64,000 bases of DNA from Desulfobulbaceae bacterium (GTDB taxonomy: Bacteria > Desulfobacterota > Desulfobulbia > Desulfobulbales > Desulfocapsaceae): assembly GCA_009773475.1 (NCBI GenBank), contig WSXV01000003.1, positions 91,179 through 155,178 of the forward strand. Direction: 5' to 3'. This document shows positions 31,434-41,666 of the stretch, in pieces. The notes below the pieces were generated by a model that saw nothing but the letters and a program-made list of their open reading frames with translations, made no database searches and was not told the DNA's origin. Every line of letters begins with the position of its first letter. The first letter of the stretch is position 1. A program made the position numbers and the translations under genes.

Positions 31434-31694
31434 TTACGGATCCTTATGCCGCTTCCTGGATACAGCCAGTCTTTTCCGGCTGTATCCAGGAGTGGCGTCC
31501 GGCAAGTAATCGCGAACTTATTACGGATTCTTATGCCGTTTCTCGAATACCGCCAATCTCTTTTGGCTGTATCCAGGAGTGGTGTCCGGCAAGTAATCGC
31601 GAACTTATTACGGATCCTTATGCCGTTTCTCGAATACCGCCGATCTCTTTTGGTTGTATGCAAGAGTGGCGACCGGCAAGTAATCACTAACTTT
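31434..31694. repeat. tandem repeat, 3 units of 87 bp
   Basis: Units start at 31434, 31521 and 31608 and are roughly 85-87 percent identical by eye. Unit 1 carries a perfect 13-bp hairpin, CCTGGATACAGCC-n10-GGCTGTATCCAGG (31455-31490). Units 2 and 3 carry decayed versions. Confidence 0.9.
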
Positions 31695-31797
31695 TACACA
31701 AAAATAAGCAGTGTTTTACTGCGTATTTTATTGCGCAGGCTATTTGTGGCCCAGTGTCACTTAGCTTTAGGGATATCTGAAGAGCGCAGGATTCGTT

Positions 31798-31833
31798 CCC
31801 GGATACAGCTAAAAAATGTTGGCTGTATCCGGG
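31798..31833. repeat. perfect 12-bp dyad related to the tandem-repeat hairpin
   Basis: CCCGGATACAGC-n12-GCTGTATCCGGG. It has the same GGATACAGC/GCTGTATCC core as unit 1 of the 87-bp repeat. Confidence 0.85.
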
Positions 31834-31835
31834 GA

Positions 31836-31851
31836 TGGCATGCAGCTGGCA
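31836..31851 (+). promoter_or_regulatory. sigma-54 (-24/-12)-like promoter upstream of glnD
   Basis: TGGCATGCAGCTGGCA has GG and GC exactly 12 nt apart, as in TGGCACGnnnnTTGCW. The -12 element lies about 47 nt before the glnD ATG. Confidence 0.45.
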
Positions 31852-31897
31852 ACCATCCAGAAGTCCTTCATGTTATAGCCTTGCCTTCATATTTATA

Positions 31898-34582
31898 ATG
31901 ACACAGAACTCATCCGTGAAATCAATTCCCCTTCGAGTCCAACGTGCCGCCTTGGAGAAATTGCGGCAGCAGGGCCTGAATGGTCAAGCCTTGCTTGCGG
32001 AGCAGAGTAAGCTTGTTGATGACTTTATCGGACAGCTTTTCCTGGAAGCTGTCAGTGGATTTGCAGGGACCGTTTCGGTGATTGCCCTGGGCGGCTATGG
32101 ACGGCAGGAGTTGTTTCCTTACTCGGATATTGATCTGTTGATTCTTTATCAACAGGAGCAGCCAGAGCAGCAGGATGAAATAAAAAAAGTGGCTGAGGCC
32201 ATTCTCTATCCGCTTTGGGATTCAGGGCTTGAGGTGGGGCATGGGGTGCGCACGGTGGCAGAAGCCCTTGACCATGCAGGCGACGATTTCTTCTTCCGGG
32301 TTGCCCTGCTGGATGCGAGACTACTCGCCGGGTCACCGGAGTTATTTGATGATTTGCTGACCTGCTATCGTCGGCTTTTTATTGAGGGCGGGCGTGAAGA
32401 ATTTGTACGCAGTATGCGAGCCTTTCGCGATGCCCGGCGCAAGCGTTTTGGCATTCATAGTTATCTCCTTGAGCCGCATATCAAGGAGGGAAAAGGCGGG
32501 ATGCGTGATATTCAGGCCATGCTCTGGACGGCCAAGGTGGTATTTAGTCTCGATGGCCTGTATGGCATCGTTGATGCGGGAATTCTCCTTGAGGAAGAGA
32601 GGGCTGCCTTTGCTCATTCCTGGGGCGAACTGGTCAAAATCAGGAATCGCTTGCACTACCTCAGTGGCCGGAAGAATGATCAGCTCTATTTTGAGCATCA
32701 GGAAAAGTTGTCAAAATTGCTGGGTTATCAGGATGGGCCGGAGATGCTGGGTGTGGAAGGATTCATGCGGGATGTGCATGGGTACCTTCAAACTGTGGCG
32801 GTGATCACCGATCTGTTCTTTGAACATGTGGATGAAGTCTTGGGCCTGGCGTTGAAGGGTGAGAGGGCTGAGCATGATCGGGTTCTTGAGAAGGGAATAG
32901 AGCTGCGCCATAACCGTATTCATCTAGTGGCATCTGCAAAGGAGCTGGCGGCCAGGCCGTATCTGATGATGCGTCTTTTTTTGGCATCGGCTAGAACCGG
33001 GGCTCCAGTGCATCACCGTACCCGCAAGATCATCAGTGCCGGGCTTGATTTGGTGGATGACAAGCTTCGGCGTTCACCCCGGATGTCCAGGCCATTTTTT
33101 GAATTACTGCTTCACCCGGGTGACCCGCTTCCGGTTTTTGAGGTGATGCTTGAGACAGGCCTGCTCACGGCCTATATCCCCGAGTTTGCGGGGATCAGCA
33201 CGCTGGCCCAGCATGATTTATACCATATCTACACCGTTGATCGACATTTGCTGCAGACTGTGGCTGAGTTGCGCCTCTTAGTGGAGCAGGATTCCCTGGT
33301 TTATTTATCGGTGGCCTCACCCCAGATCCTTTTTTTGGCCGCGTTGCTCCATGATATTGGTAAGGGGGCGGGGGGAGATCATTCCCAGATCGGGGCGGAA
33401 ATGGTGGGGGCTGTTGGTATCCGTTTGGGGCTTGATCCGGCCGAGTGTGAGTGTCTGGTTTTCTTGATCCGCTATCATCTGTTTATGCCGGAGAATGCTC
33501 TGCGTCGAGATCTCAATGACGAATCTTTTATCAGGCGTTGCGCCGAGACCATCGGCAACAGTGAGCGGCTGGCCATGTTGTATCTCCTCTCCGTTGCTGA
33601 TTCAAAGGCAACTGGGCCTTCAGCCTGGAGTGAGTGGAAGAGCACTTTGCTCCATGAAATGTTTTTGAAGATTACGCCCTATCTGGAGCATGGTCTGATT
33701 GCGATAGCACCCCTTGATACAATGCAGCGGCAGGTTGAACAGGGTGTGGATTGGCTGCGGGGACAAGTAATGTCCCTTCTTGCAGAGAGCACCGGTGAAG
33801 AAGGGGGTGAGGCCGATGTCGATCTTCTTCCTGCCGATTATTTGCTCAGTTTTACCCCCGAGGTGGTCGCCTCCCATATCCGGATTTATCGGCAGAATTA
33901 TCAGACCTTGCGGCAGAAATCCTTGATTTTCCCTCGGGAACTCCGTCAACATTGGTCCCTGCTGGTTATGGCCAGAGATCGTCCCGGACTGTTGGCCAAG
34001 ATCTGCGGAGTGCTGGCGCTGCATAATTTTTCGGTGCTGAGCGCCCAGATTTTTACCTGGGAAGGTGGGGCGGCAGTGACGGCCAGTGATGGACTAAATC
34101 CGCGAGAGCCAGGGATGGCGTTAGCGGTGGATGTACTCGAAGTGCGGTCTTTTGATGGCTTAAGCTTCCAGGAAAAAGATTGGCAGGCAGTCAATGATGA
34201 TCTGGATCTGGCCTTGAATCATCGTTTGGGGCTTGAGCACAGGATTTATCGCAAGTTGGCCTCACTGTACGAGCGGCGAAAGTTGACGGGATCGACAATG
34301 CCCGGGCAGCCGAAATTTCAGGTCGTTTTTGATAATACCACTTCAGATATGTATACCGTTATTGAAGTGCATTCCGAGGATCGAGCAGGTCAATTATATC
34401 ATATTACCCAGACCCTCGCTGATTTTGGCATTAATATTTATCGCGCCTTTATCGCCACTGAAGTGCATCAGTTGATTGATAATTTTTATGTCCTTGATAG
34501 TGAAGAGCAGAAGATCACTGATGAGGCTTTTATAGCGGAGATCAGGGGTGGATTACTCTATGCCATGGAGCGGGCGGTTTAG
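31898..34582 (+). CDS. glnD: [protein-PII] uridylyltransferase/uridylyl-removing enzyme GlnD
   Basis: NTase motif ALGGYGRQELFPYSDIDLLIL, HD domain (LLHDIGKG), and two C-terminal ACT domains. The start is placed at MTQNS because the longer ORF N-terminus overlaps the promoter-like site. Confidence 0.9.
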   Translation: MTQNSSVKSIPLRVQRAALEKLRQQGLNGQALLAEQSKLVDDFIGQLFLEAVSGFAGTVSVIALGGYGRQELFPYSDIDLLILYQQEQPEQQDEIKKVAEAILYPLWDSGLEVGHGVRTVAEALDHAGDDFFFRVALLDARLLAGSPELFDDLLTCYRRLFIEGGREEFVRSMRAFRDARRKRFGIHSYLLEPHIKEGKGGMRDIQAMLWTAKVVFSLDGLYGIVDAGILLEEERAAFAHSWGELVKIRNRLHYLSGRKNDQLYFEHQEKLSKLLGYQDGPEMLGVEGFMRDVHGYLQTVAVITDLFFEHVDEVLGLALKGERAEHDRVLEKGIELRHNRIHLVASAKELAARPYLMMRLFLASARTGAPVHHRTRKIISAGLDLVDDKLRRSPRMSRPFFELLLHPGDPLPVFEVMLETGLLTAYIPEFAGISTLAQHDLYHIYTVDRHLLQTVAELRLLVEQDSLVYLSVASPQILFLAALLHDIGKGAGGDHSQIGAEMVGAVGIRLGLDPAECECLVFLIRYHLFMPENALRRDLNDESFIRRCAETIGNSERLAMLYLLSVADSKATGPSAWSEWKSTLLHEMFLKITPYLEHGLIAIAPLDTMQRQVEQGVDWLRGQVMSLLAESTGEEGGEADVDLLPADYLLSFTPEVVASHIRIYRQNYQTLRQKSLIFPRELRQHWSLLVMARDRPGLLAKICGVLALHNFSVLSAQIFTWEGGAAVTASDGLNPREPGMALAVDVLEVRSFDGLSFQEKDWQAVNDDLDLALNHRLGLEHRIYRKLASLYERRKLTGSTMPGQPKFQVVFDNTTSDMYTVIEVHSEDRAGQLYHITQTLADFGINIYRAFIATEVHQLIDNFYVLDSEEQKITDEAFIAEIRGGLLYAMERAV

Positions 34583-34616
34583 TGACTTACAGATTATCGT
34601 CTTGTTTTTTTACAAA
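34579..34616 (+). repeat. hairpin-element family H, degenerate copy (left arm and T-loop only)
   Basis: TTAGTGACTTACAGATTATCGTCTTGTTTTTTTACAA. The complementary right arm is missing. The glnD TAG stop lies inside the element. Confidence 0.6.
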
Positions 34617-34840
34617 TATGTTCGAAAATATTTTTTAATTACTTTGTCTGGCCAAAATGGTAAGAAGTTAAGCTTGTTTGCATGGTGTGATGTCGGGGGT
34701 GTGAACCCTCTGAAAGATAAGCCGTTATGGGAAATGTCGTCAATGTGGCGGCAACACTCTGGGATGATTCAAGGTGCGTGAATCGTTTCGAAACGGCTCC
34801 CCAAAAAATTAGGATTGTAACAGATCAGGAGGAGTAAGAA

Positions 34841-36985
34841 ATGTGTGATTCTGCAGATTGTTGTTGTTGTGACAGTGACTATGGCCATAATGCTATCCCC
34901 GTACCCGAGTTATTTGGGGCCAATGTTTTTAATGACCGGGTGATGAAAGAAAGGCTGCCCAAGGATACCTACAAGGCCCTGCGTAAGACCATCAATACCG
35001 GTGTTTCTCTGGCCCCTGAGGTTGCTTCAGTGGTGGCCAACGCCATGATGACCTGGGCCATCGAGCGCGGTGCCAGCCATTACACCCACTGGTTCCAGCC
35101 CTTGACCGGTGCAACTGCCGAGAAGCACGATTCTTTTATCTCTCCCACCGATGACGGCGGCGTGATCATGGAATTTTCCGGCAAGCAGTTGATCCAGGGT
35201 GAGCCCGATGCCTCCTCTTTTCCCAGCGGCGGCCTGCGTGTCACCTTTGAGGCCCGGGGGTATACCGCTTGGGATTGCACCTCTCCCGCCTTTTTGAAAG
35301 AGGATGGTGCCGGTGATGTCACCCTGTGCATTCCCACGGCCTTTTGCTCCTATAAAGGTGAGGCCCTGGACAAAAAGACTCCGCTGCTGCGTTCCATGAA
35401 TGCCGTTGCCAAACAGGCCATGCGGGTGCTGAAGGCCATGGGGAATACCACCTCCAAGCGCGTTATGTCCACCGTTGGTGCCGAGCAGGAATATTTTCTG
35501 GTGGAAAAAGAGTTTTATCAACAACGACTTGATCTTATGAGTTGTGGACGCACTCTGTTCGGTGCCCCCGCGCCCAAGGGCCAAGAACTGGAAGATCAGT
35601 ATTTTGGTGCAATCAAGGATCGGGTCTCTGCGTATATGAAAGATCTGGATGTTGAGTTGTGGAAGATGGGGATCAGCTCCAAGACCAAACACAACGAGGT
35701 TGCCCCGGCCCAGTTCGAGATGGCACCGGTCTTTACCACCACCAATATGGCCACCGATCATAATCAGCTGGTCATGGAAACCATGCAGAAGGTTGCCATT
35801 CGTCATGGCATGGTCTGTCTCCTCCATGAAAAACCCTATGCCGGTGTCAATGGTTCCGGCAAGCACAACAACTGGTCACTGTCCACCGATGATGGCATCA
35901 ATCTGCTTGATCCCGGTCAGACTCCGGAAGATAATGCCCAGTTCCTGATTTTTATCTCCGCCCTGCTCAAGGCCGTGGATACCCATGCTGATATTATGCG
36001 GGCCACCTGCGGCAGCTCTGGCAACGATCATCGTTTAGGAGCAAACGAGGCACCGCCTGCCATTATCTCCGTCTTCCTTGGGCAGGAGCTGTCCGATGTC
36101 CTGGAGAAATTGGCCAAGGGCGAGAAGATTTGCAAGTCAGATGCCTGTCAGACCTTGAAGATCGGGGTAGATTCTCTGCCGGAGCTACCCAAGGATAATA
36201 CCGATCGGAACCGGACCTCTCCCTTTGCCTTTACCGGCAACAAGTTTGAATTCCGTATGGTTGGGTCTTCCCAGTCCATTGCCGGTCCCAACGTTGCCCT
36301 GAACGCCATCGCTGCCGAGGCCCTTGATACTATCGCCACCCGTCTGGAAAAGGCCAAGGATGTGAATAAGGAGATCCTGGCCATTCTTACCGAGGTTATG
36401 AAGGCTCATGGTCGCATTGTCTTTAACGGCAATAATTATTCCGAAGACTGGGTGAAAGAGGCTGACAAACGCGGTCTTCCCAATATCGGCAATACCGTCG
36501 ATGCCCTCAAGGCCTTTGTTACTCCTAAGGCCATCAAGCTCTTTGAAAAGTACAACGTGCTCTCCAAGGATGAGTTGCATTCCCGGTATGATATTTATGT
36601 TGAGCAGTATGCAAAGCATATTAATATCGAAGCGATGACCGCCATCCAAATGACCCGTCGTCAATATGTCCCGGCGGCCATCCGTTTTATCACCGAACTT
36701 GGGGCTTCCCTGGCTGCAGCCGGGAAATTGGGAACAGTTCAGAAGGAACTTTTGGAGCAGGTTTCCAAACATCTCGATGGGGCCGGCAAAAAGGTTGCCA
36801 AGCTTGAAGAAGAGGCCATAAAAGCTCAGGCCATTGACAAGGTGGAAAAACAGGCTGCGGCGTACCGTGACAAGGTCATGGCGGCAGCAGTCAGCCTGCG
36901 CGCTGATATCGATGCCCTGGAGTCAATCCTTCCTGCTGATCTCTGGCCGGTACCGACCTACAGCGAGATGCTCTTTAAACTGTAA
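34841..36985 (+). CDS. glnN: glutamine synthetase type III
   Basis: 714 aa. The GSIII N-terminal block is [25 protein letters not shown]. Catalytic-region motifs are [11 protein letters not shown] and [10 protein letters not shown]. Strong RBS AGGAGG. Confidence 0.9.
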   Translation: MCDSADCCCCDSDYGHNAIPVPELFGANVFNDRVMKERLPKDTYKALRKTINTGVSLAPEVASVVANAMMTWAIERGASHYTHWFQPLTGATAEKHDSFISPTDDGGVIMEFSGKQLIQGEPDASSFPSGGLRVTFEARGYTAWDCTSPAFLKEDGAGDVTLCIPTAFCSYKGEALDKKTPLLRSMNAVAKQAMRVLKAMGNTTSKRVMSTVGAEQEYFLVEKEFYQQRLDLMSCGRTLFGAPAPKGQELEDQYFGAIKDRVSAYMKDLDVELWKMGISSKTKHNEVAPAQFEMAPVFTTTNMATDHNQLVMETMQKVAIRHGMVCLLHEKPYAGVNGSGKHNNWSLSTDDGINLLDPGQTPEDNAQFLIFISALLKAVDTHADIMRATCGSSGNDHRLGANEAPPAIISVFLGQELSDVLEKLAKGEKICKSDACQTLKIGVDSLPELPKDNTDRNRTSPFAFTGNKFEFRMVGSSQSIAGPNVALNAIAAEALDTIATRLEKAKDVNKEILAILTEVMKAHGRIVFNGNNYSEDWVKEADKRGLPNIGNTVDALKAFVTPKAIKLFEKYNVLSKDELHSRYDIYVEQYAKHINIEAMTAIQMTRRQYVPAAIRFITELGASLAAAGKLGTVQKELLEQVSKHLDGAGKKVAKLEEEAIKAQAIDKVEKQAAAYRDKVMAAAVSLRADIDALESILPADLWPVPTYSEMLFKL

Positions 36986-36988
36986 TCG

Positions 36989-37067
36989 TTAGTGACTTAC
37001 CGATGATTATCTTGTTTTTTTACAAGATAATCATCGGCGAAAGTCAATTTACCCTGTTTATCGGGGG
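36989..37067 (+). repeat. hairpin-element family H, full copy
   Basis: TTAGTGACTTAC, then a perfect 16-bp stem (37000-37015 / 37022-37037) with a T6 loop, then GCGAAAGTCA, then a small hairpin CCCTGTTTATCGGGG. Confidence 0.85.
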
Positions 37068-37092
37068 TAAAAGTCATTCTCTGGATTAAAAA

Positions 37093-37119
37093 GGGGAGCC
37101 ATCTGGCTCCCCTTTTTTT
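37093..37119 (+). terminator. intrinsic terminator after glnN
   Basis: GGGGAGCC-atct-GGCTCCCC followed by TTTTTTT. Confidence 0.85.
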
Positions 37120-37264
37120 ATTTGACGGTATCTGGTATGGATAACGGATAAAAGAGGCTCTTTCTTATTTTTTCTTTGCTGGTTTGAATGTGCAAAATGT
37201 GGTTGTAATCTAAGGGTACGAGGGAAATCACGTTTCTGGATGAAAGAAGAGGGGGGAATGTTCG

Positions 37265-38080
37265 ATGATGTCGTATATCCAGCAATTTGATCCAGTCATG
37301 CAGGCCTTTCTGGCCACCCTTTTTACCTGGGGAGTGACTGCGGCGGGAGCGGCCCTGGTTTTTTTCACCGGCACCATCAATCAGCGGTTTATGGACAGCA
37401 TGCTGGGATTTGCGGCCGGGGTTATGATCGCCGCAAGCTTCTGGTCACTGCTGGCGCCGGGGATCGAGATGGCAGAGCAGATGGGTATGGTTCCGTGGCA
37501 GACCGCCGTCATTGGCTTTATGGGTGGCGGCATCTTCATGCGCCTGTGTGATGCCTTTCTACCCCATCTTCACCCCGGTTTGGCGCTGAGCAAGAAAGAG
37601 GGGGTCAAGACTTCATGGCGGCGAAGCACCTTGCTGGTGCTGGCCATCACTCTGCACAATATTCCGGAAGGACTGGCGGTGGGGGTCGCCTTCGGGGCGG
37701 TGGCAGCCGGACTTCCTGCGGCCACCATCGGGTCGGCAATTGCCTTGGCAATCGGCATAGGCTTGCAGAATTTCCCCGAGGGAACGGCGGTGTCCATGCC
37801 TTTGCGCAGGGAGGGCATGGGGAGAAAAAGGGCCTTTCTTTTGGGGCAGGCATCGGGAATGGTTGAACCGGTGGCTGGGGTTCTGGGGGCCTATTTTGTC
37901 CTTCAGATGCAGAGCATTCTGCCCTACGCCCTCTGCTTTGCCGCTGGTGCCATGATCTTTGTGGTGGTGGAGGAGTTGATTCCCACCTCGCAGCAGAATG
38001 AGGCCCATATCGATATGGTGACCATGGCCACCATGGCTGGTTTCAGTGTGATGATGATCCTGGATGTGGCATTGGGGTAA
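37265..38080 (+). CDS. ZIP family metal (zinc) transporter
   Basis: Multi-TM protein with [10 protein letters not shown] and [12 protein letters not shown] signature motifs. Confidence 0.85.
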   Translation: MMSYIQQFDPVMQAFLATLFTWGVTAAGAALVFFTGTINQRFMDSMLGFAAGVMIAASFWSLLAPGIEMAEQMGMVPWQTAVIGFMGGGIFMRLCDAFLPHLHPGLALSKKEGVKTSWRRSTLLVLAITLHNIPEGLAVGVAFGAVAAGLPAATIGSAIALAIGIGLQNFPEGTAVSMPLRREGMGRKRAFLLGQASGMVEPVAGVLGAYFVLQMQSILPYALCFAAGAMIFVVVEELIPTSQQNEAHIDMVTMATMAGFSVMMILDVALG

Positions 38081-38172
38081 CCGGCTATGGAAGAGAGCAG
38101 GAAAAGATAGAATGCTGCAGACAGGGCAACGGGGGGTTGAATATAGGTGGAAAAGGTGATTGGGGGCAGGGG

Positions 38173-39072
38173 ATGAAAGGGATTTTATTGTTGAATATGG
38201 GAGGTGCGCGCTCAGCGCAGGAGCTCCGGTCTTTTTTGTTCAATATGTTCAGTGATCGGCGTATTATCGGTTCCCCGGTCCGGTATTTGCTTGCGCCGCT
38301 TCTTTCCAGCCTCCGTTATAAAAAAGTTTGGCGGAAGTATGAGCTGATTGGCGGCAGTAAGATTTATCAGCACACTGACAGGCTGGTGGACAAGTTGCGT
38401 CGGAGGACCGGGGCGGAGGTTTTTCCGGTGATGCGCTATACCCATCCCCTGGCGGAGGATCTTTTCAGGGAACAGAAATTTGATGAATTGATCCTTGTCC
38501 CCCTCTATCCCCATTATTCCTCAACGACCACGCAGTCGAGTGTGGAAGATGTGCACCGCGGGCTCGGAAAGTCCGGTCAGAGGCCGCTGGTCAGGGAGAT
38601 CGGCCCCTATTACGATGATCCCCGGTTCAATGCCTCCATTGTCGAGCGGATTCGAGAACAGTATGAGGACAGCGGCTTTCATTTAATTTTTTCAGCGCAC
38701 GGCCTGCCGCAAAAGATTGCCGCCCGTGACCCCTATGCGGGGCAGATTGAAAGGCATGTGGCGTTGCTGAAGTCGCTGCTCCCGGAAACCGGTCTGCATT
38801 TCAAGGGGGTTCATCTTGCCTACCAGTCCAGGGTGGGGCCGATGCGCTGGCTGGAGCCGTCTCTGCACGATGTGCTGCAAGGGCTGGCAGGTGAAAAGGT
38901 GATTGTCTATCCCCTTTCTTTTACCATCGACAACTCCGAGACCGATCTGGAGTTGGCCATTGAGTATAAAGAGCTGGCCCAGACCCTTGGCCTGGAAGAC
39001 TATCGTGTCTGTCGGGTGCAGAATGACAGCGATGCCTTTGTCGAGTTTCTCGCTGCCAGGATAGCCGAATAG
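38173..39072 (+). CDS. hemH: ferrochelatase family protein
   Basis: MKGILLLNMGG start, LYPHYSSTT, FSAHGLP. Confidence 0.85.
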   Translation: MKGILLLNMGGARSAQELRSFLFNMFSDRRIIGSPVRYLLAPLLSSLRYKKVWRKYELIGGSKIYQHTDRLVDKLRRRTGAEVFPVMRYTHPLAEDLFREQKFDELILVPLYPHYSSTTTQSSVEDVHRGLGKSGQRPLVREIGPYYDDPRFNASIVERIREQYEDSGFHLIFSAHGLPQKIAARDPYAGQIERHVALLKSLLPETGLHFKGVHLAYQSRVGPMRWLEPSLHDVLQGLAGEKVIVYPLSFTIDNSETDLELAIEYKELAQTLGLEDYRVCRVQNDSDAFVEFLAARIAE

Positions 39073-39358
39073 TCCTGGAGTCAATGGGCCGGAAACCCAC
39101 CATAGCTGTCGGTTTCAAGGTCATCTGGTTGGTTCTTCCTGCTGCCATGGGGCTCCTTTAGGCCTTGCCCTTTTCGGAAAATGGGGCTATAAAATGGCCG
39201 TTATGATGAGGGATGGTGGAATGGAAGGACGTTGGTTTTTGAAGCCTCTGAACGGCACCTTTTTCCGGACAGGCGGGGTTTAGGCGGCCTGGAAAAAGGT
39301 CTGGTGAGAGAGATCTTTTACAGACGGAAATGTATTTTTGACTCTATTTTTTTCAAAA

Positions 39359-40933
39359 ATGAATATGGAACAGCATAGCAAAAACATAAAACAGGGGAAG
39401 GTCTATCTGGTGGGTGCCGGTCCCGGTGACCCGGGCCTAATCACCATGCGCGGCAAATATCTTCTTGAGCGGGCTGAAGTCCTTGTCTATGACTACCTGG
39501 CAAGTCCGAAGCTACTGAAGTATGTGCCCAAAGAGGCCACGTTGATCTATGCCGGTAAAAAGGGTGGCACCAAGCACACCCATACCCAGGAAGAGATCAA
39601 TCAGATGCTGGTTGACTGGGCCCTTGCCGGCAAGACCGTGGTGCGGCTCAAGGGCGGTGATCCCTTTATCTTTGGTCGAGGCGGGGAGGAATTGGAGGAG
39701 CTGGTTAAGGCCGGTGTCTCTTTTGAGGTTGTGCCCGGGGTGACCTCGGCCACGGCAGCGGCCACCTATGCCGGAATTCCCATTACCCACCGGGGATATA
39801 CCGCCTCCGTCTCCTTTATCACCGGCCACGAAGAACCGGGAAAAGAGAATTCCAATATTGACTGGTCCAAACTGGCCACCGGTGCCGGCACCCTGGTCAT
39901 CTATATGGGGATCAAGAATCTGCCCATTATTGTCAGTAATCTGATTCAGCATGGCCGGGATCCCAAAACCCCGGTGGCGGTGGTACGCTGGGCCTCAACG
40001 CCTGAACAGCAAACGGTGGTGGGCACCCTGGAGACGATTGCCGCTCGGGTGGAAGAAGAGGACATCAAGCCACCGGCCCTGATCATCGTCGGGGAGGTGG
40101 TGAGCCTGCGTGATTCCCTCGACTGGTTCGAGAAGAGGGTGCTGTTTGGAAAGCGGATCGTGGTGACCAGGACGCGGGAACAGGCCTCGGAGCTGGTCAC
40201 GGCCCTGGAAGGATACGGGGCTGAATGTCTCGAGTATTCGACCATCCAGGTGGAGCCGATGAGCTCCTATGCCGTTCTCGACGAAGAGCTGGATCGTCTG
40301 AATGAGTATCACTGGATCCTCTTTTCTTCCATTAACGCAGTGCAATACTTTTTTGACCGGCTCTATGCCAAAGGGCTGGATGCGCGAACATTGAAAGGGC
40401 CGCATGTGGCGGCTGTGGGCAGGGCCACCGCAGATTTTCTCCTCCGCTATGGCATTGTGGCCGATCTGATTCCCAAGACTTTTACGGCGGAAGGGCTGGC
40501 GCAGAGCCTGCTTGATTTTGGCGTGGAGGGACGCAATATCCTGATCCCCCGGGCGACCAAGGCCCGTGAGTTTCTGCCGGAGACCCTACGGGGGGCTGGC
40601 GCTCAAGTAACAGTGGCCCCTGTCTATCAGAATGTTGTGCCCCAGGGATGTAAGGAAAAGGTGCGGTCGGCACTGGAGATGGGCAAGATCGATATGATCA
40701 CCTTTACCAGCTCCTCCACCGTCACCAATTTTCTCACCATGATTGATGCCGCTGGGCCGGACGAGTTGCGGAATCTGCTGAATGGAGTGAAAATTGCCGC
40801 CATCGGACCCATCACCGCCAAAACCGTGACCGACAATGGTCTCAGCGTCGATGTTCAGCCGGAGACCTTTACCATTCCCGAAATGGTCAGTGCCATTGTT
40901 GAGTATTATGAGGCGGACAAGGCGAAATGTTGA
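39359..40933 (+). CDS. bifunctional uroporphyrinogen-III C-methyltransferase / uroporphyrinogen-III synthase (CobA-HemD fusion)
   Basis: N-terminal SUMT motifs ([33 protein letters not shown]) and a C-terminal HemD-like half. The start is ambiguous (39338 TTG, 39359 or 39365 ATG). Confidence 0.88.
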   Translation: MNMEQHSKNIKQGKVYLVGAGPGDPGLITMRGKYLLERAEVLVYDYLASPKLLKYVPKEATLIYAGKKGGTKHTHTQEEINQMLVDWALAGKTVVRLKGGDPFIFGRGGEELEELVKAGVSFEVVPGVTSATAAATYAGIPITHRGYTASVSFITGHEEPGKENSNIDWSKLATGAGTLVIYMGIKNLPIIVSNLIQHGRDPKTPVAVVRWASTPEQQTVVGTLETIAARVEEEDIKPPALIIVGEVVSLRDSLDWFEKRVLFGKRIVVTRTREQASELVTALEGYGAECLEYSTIQVEPMSSYAVLDEELDRLNEYHWILFSSINAVQYFFDRLYAKGLDARTLKGPHVAAVGRATADFLLRYGIVADLIPKTFTAEGLAQSLLDFGVEGRNILIPRATKAREFLPETLRGAGAQVTVAPVYQNVVPQGCKEKVRSALEMGKIDMITFTSSSTVTNFLTMIDAAGPDELRNLLNGVKIAAIGPITAKTVTDNGLSVDVQPETFTIPEMVSAIVEYYEADKAKC

Positions 40934-41027
40934 AGGAAAAAAACTGAAAGGCTGTTGGGCTGATGGATCCTAACTCAGGGTTGCTTTGCTTCAGCCTTCA
41001 GTCTTTCGGGTAACCCATCCCTTTTTT

Positions 41028-41666
41028 TCAAGTCTTTTTCTTGGCGGTGTGGTTTGTGCTTTGGATATTAGGAAGGATATCAAACTGGAGGATGCCCTGA
41101 CGGGTGTTGATTCCTGCGATATTCATATTGATGGTGATGGTCTTGCCGCTGGTTTCGGCAATCAGGGGTTCAAGTTGCTGCATCTTGACCGGGAATTCGC
41201 GATTGTTGAGATAGGCCATGAGAATGGCATCGATGTCGCCCTGGGCAGTCGTGGATGATGCCTGCAGGTCGCTGATCACCGGCTTAATGTAGAGGATTTG
41301 TTTGGCCGGGTCAAAACGCAGAGCGGCGTTGCACTGGAGCTCCAGTTGCACCGAGCCGACCTTGAGCTTGATGGTATGGCCGCTGATCTCGGTGCTGAGC
41401 TGCATGTCGTCGCCCTTGAGGGCAATCCGGCAGGAAACACCCTTGTCCTGGATTTGGAGATTGCTGATCCTGATAATCGTAATTGCCCCGCTCAAGGTGC
41501 TGGAGCTGGTGTCGATGGCAATGGGCAGGGATTTGTCCAGAGCCTGACTCAAGACACTGTCTGGAACCGTAAGGGTGATCATTTTGCCGGCTGCCCGAAG
41601 TTGGCCGGGCAGCAGAAAACTGAGCAGGAGCAGGGTGCTGATGATCCAGGTGCTGGGGCGAAACAT
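41028..41666 (-). CDS. secreted hypothetical protein
   Basis: ATG at 41666 follows AAGGAG. Signal peptide MFRPSTWIISTLLLLSFLLPGQLRA. No family recognised. Confidence 0.5.
   Translation of the reverse strand: MFRPSTWIISTLLLLSFLLPGQLRAAGKMITLTVPDSVLSQALDKSLPIAIDTSSSTLSGAITIIRISNLQIQDKGVSCRIALKGDDMQLSTEISGHTIKLKVGSVQLELQCNAALRFDPAKQILYIKPVISDLQASSTTAQGDIDAILMAYLNNREFPVKMQQLEPLIAETSGKTITINMNIAGINTRQGILQFDILPNIQSTNHTAKKKT

Noticed and set aside
34583-34840. Sigma-54 promoter or other recognisable regulatory motif upstream of glnN.
   Set aside because: No TGGCAC-n5-TTGC-like sequence was found by eye in the 258-nt spacer. Only the degenerate hairpin-element copy is recognisable.
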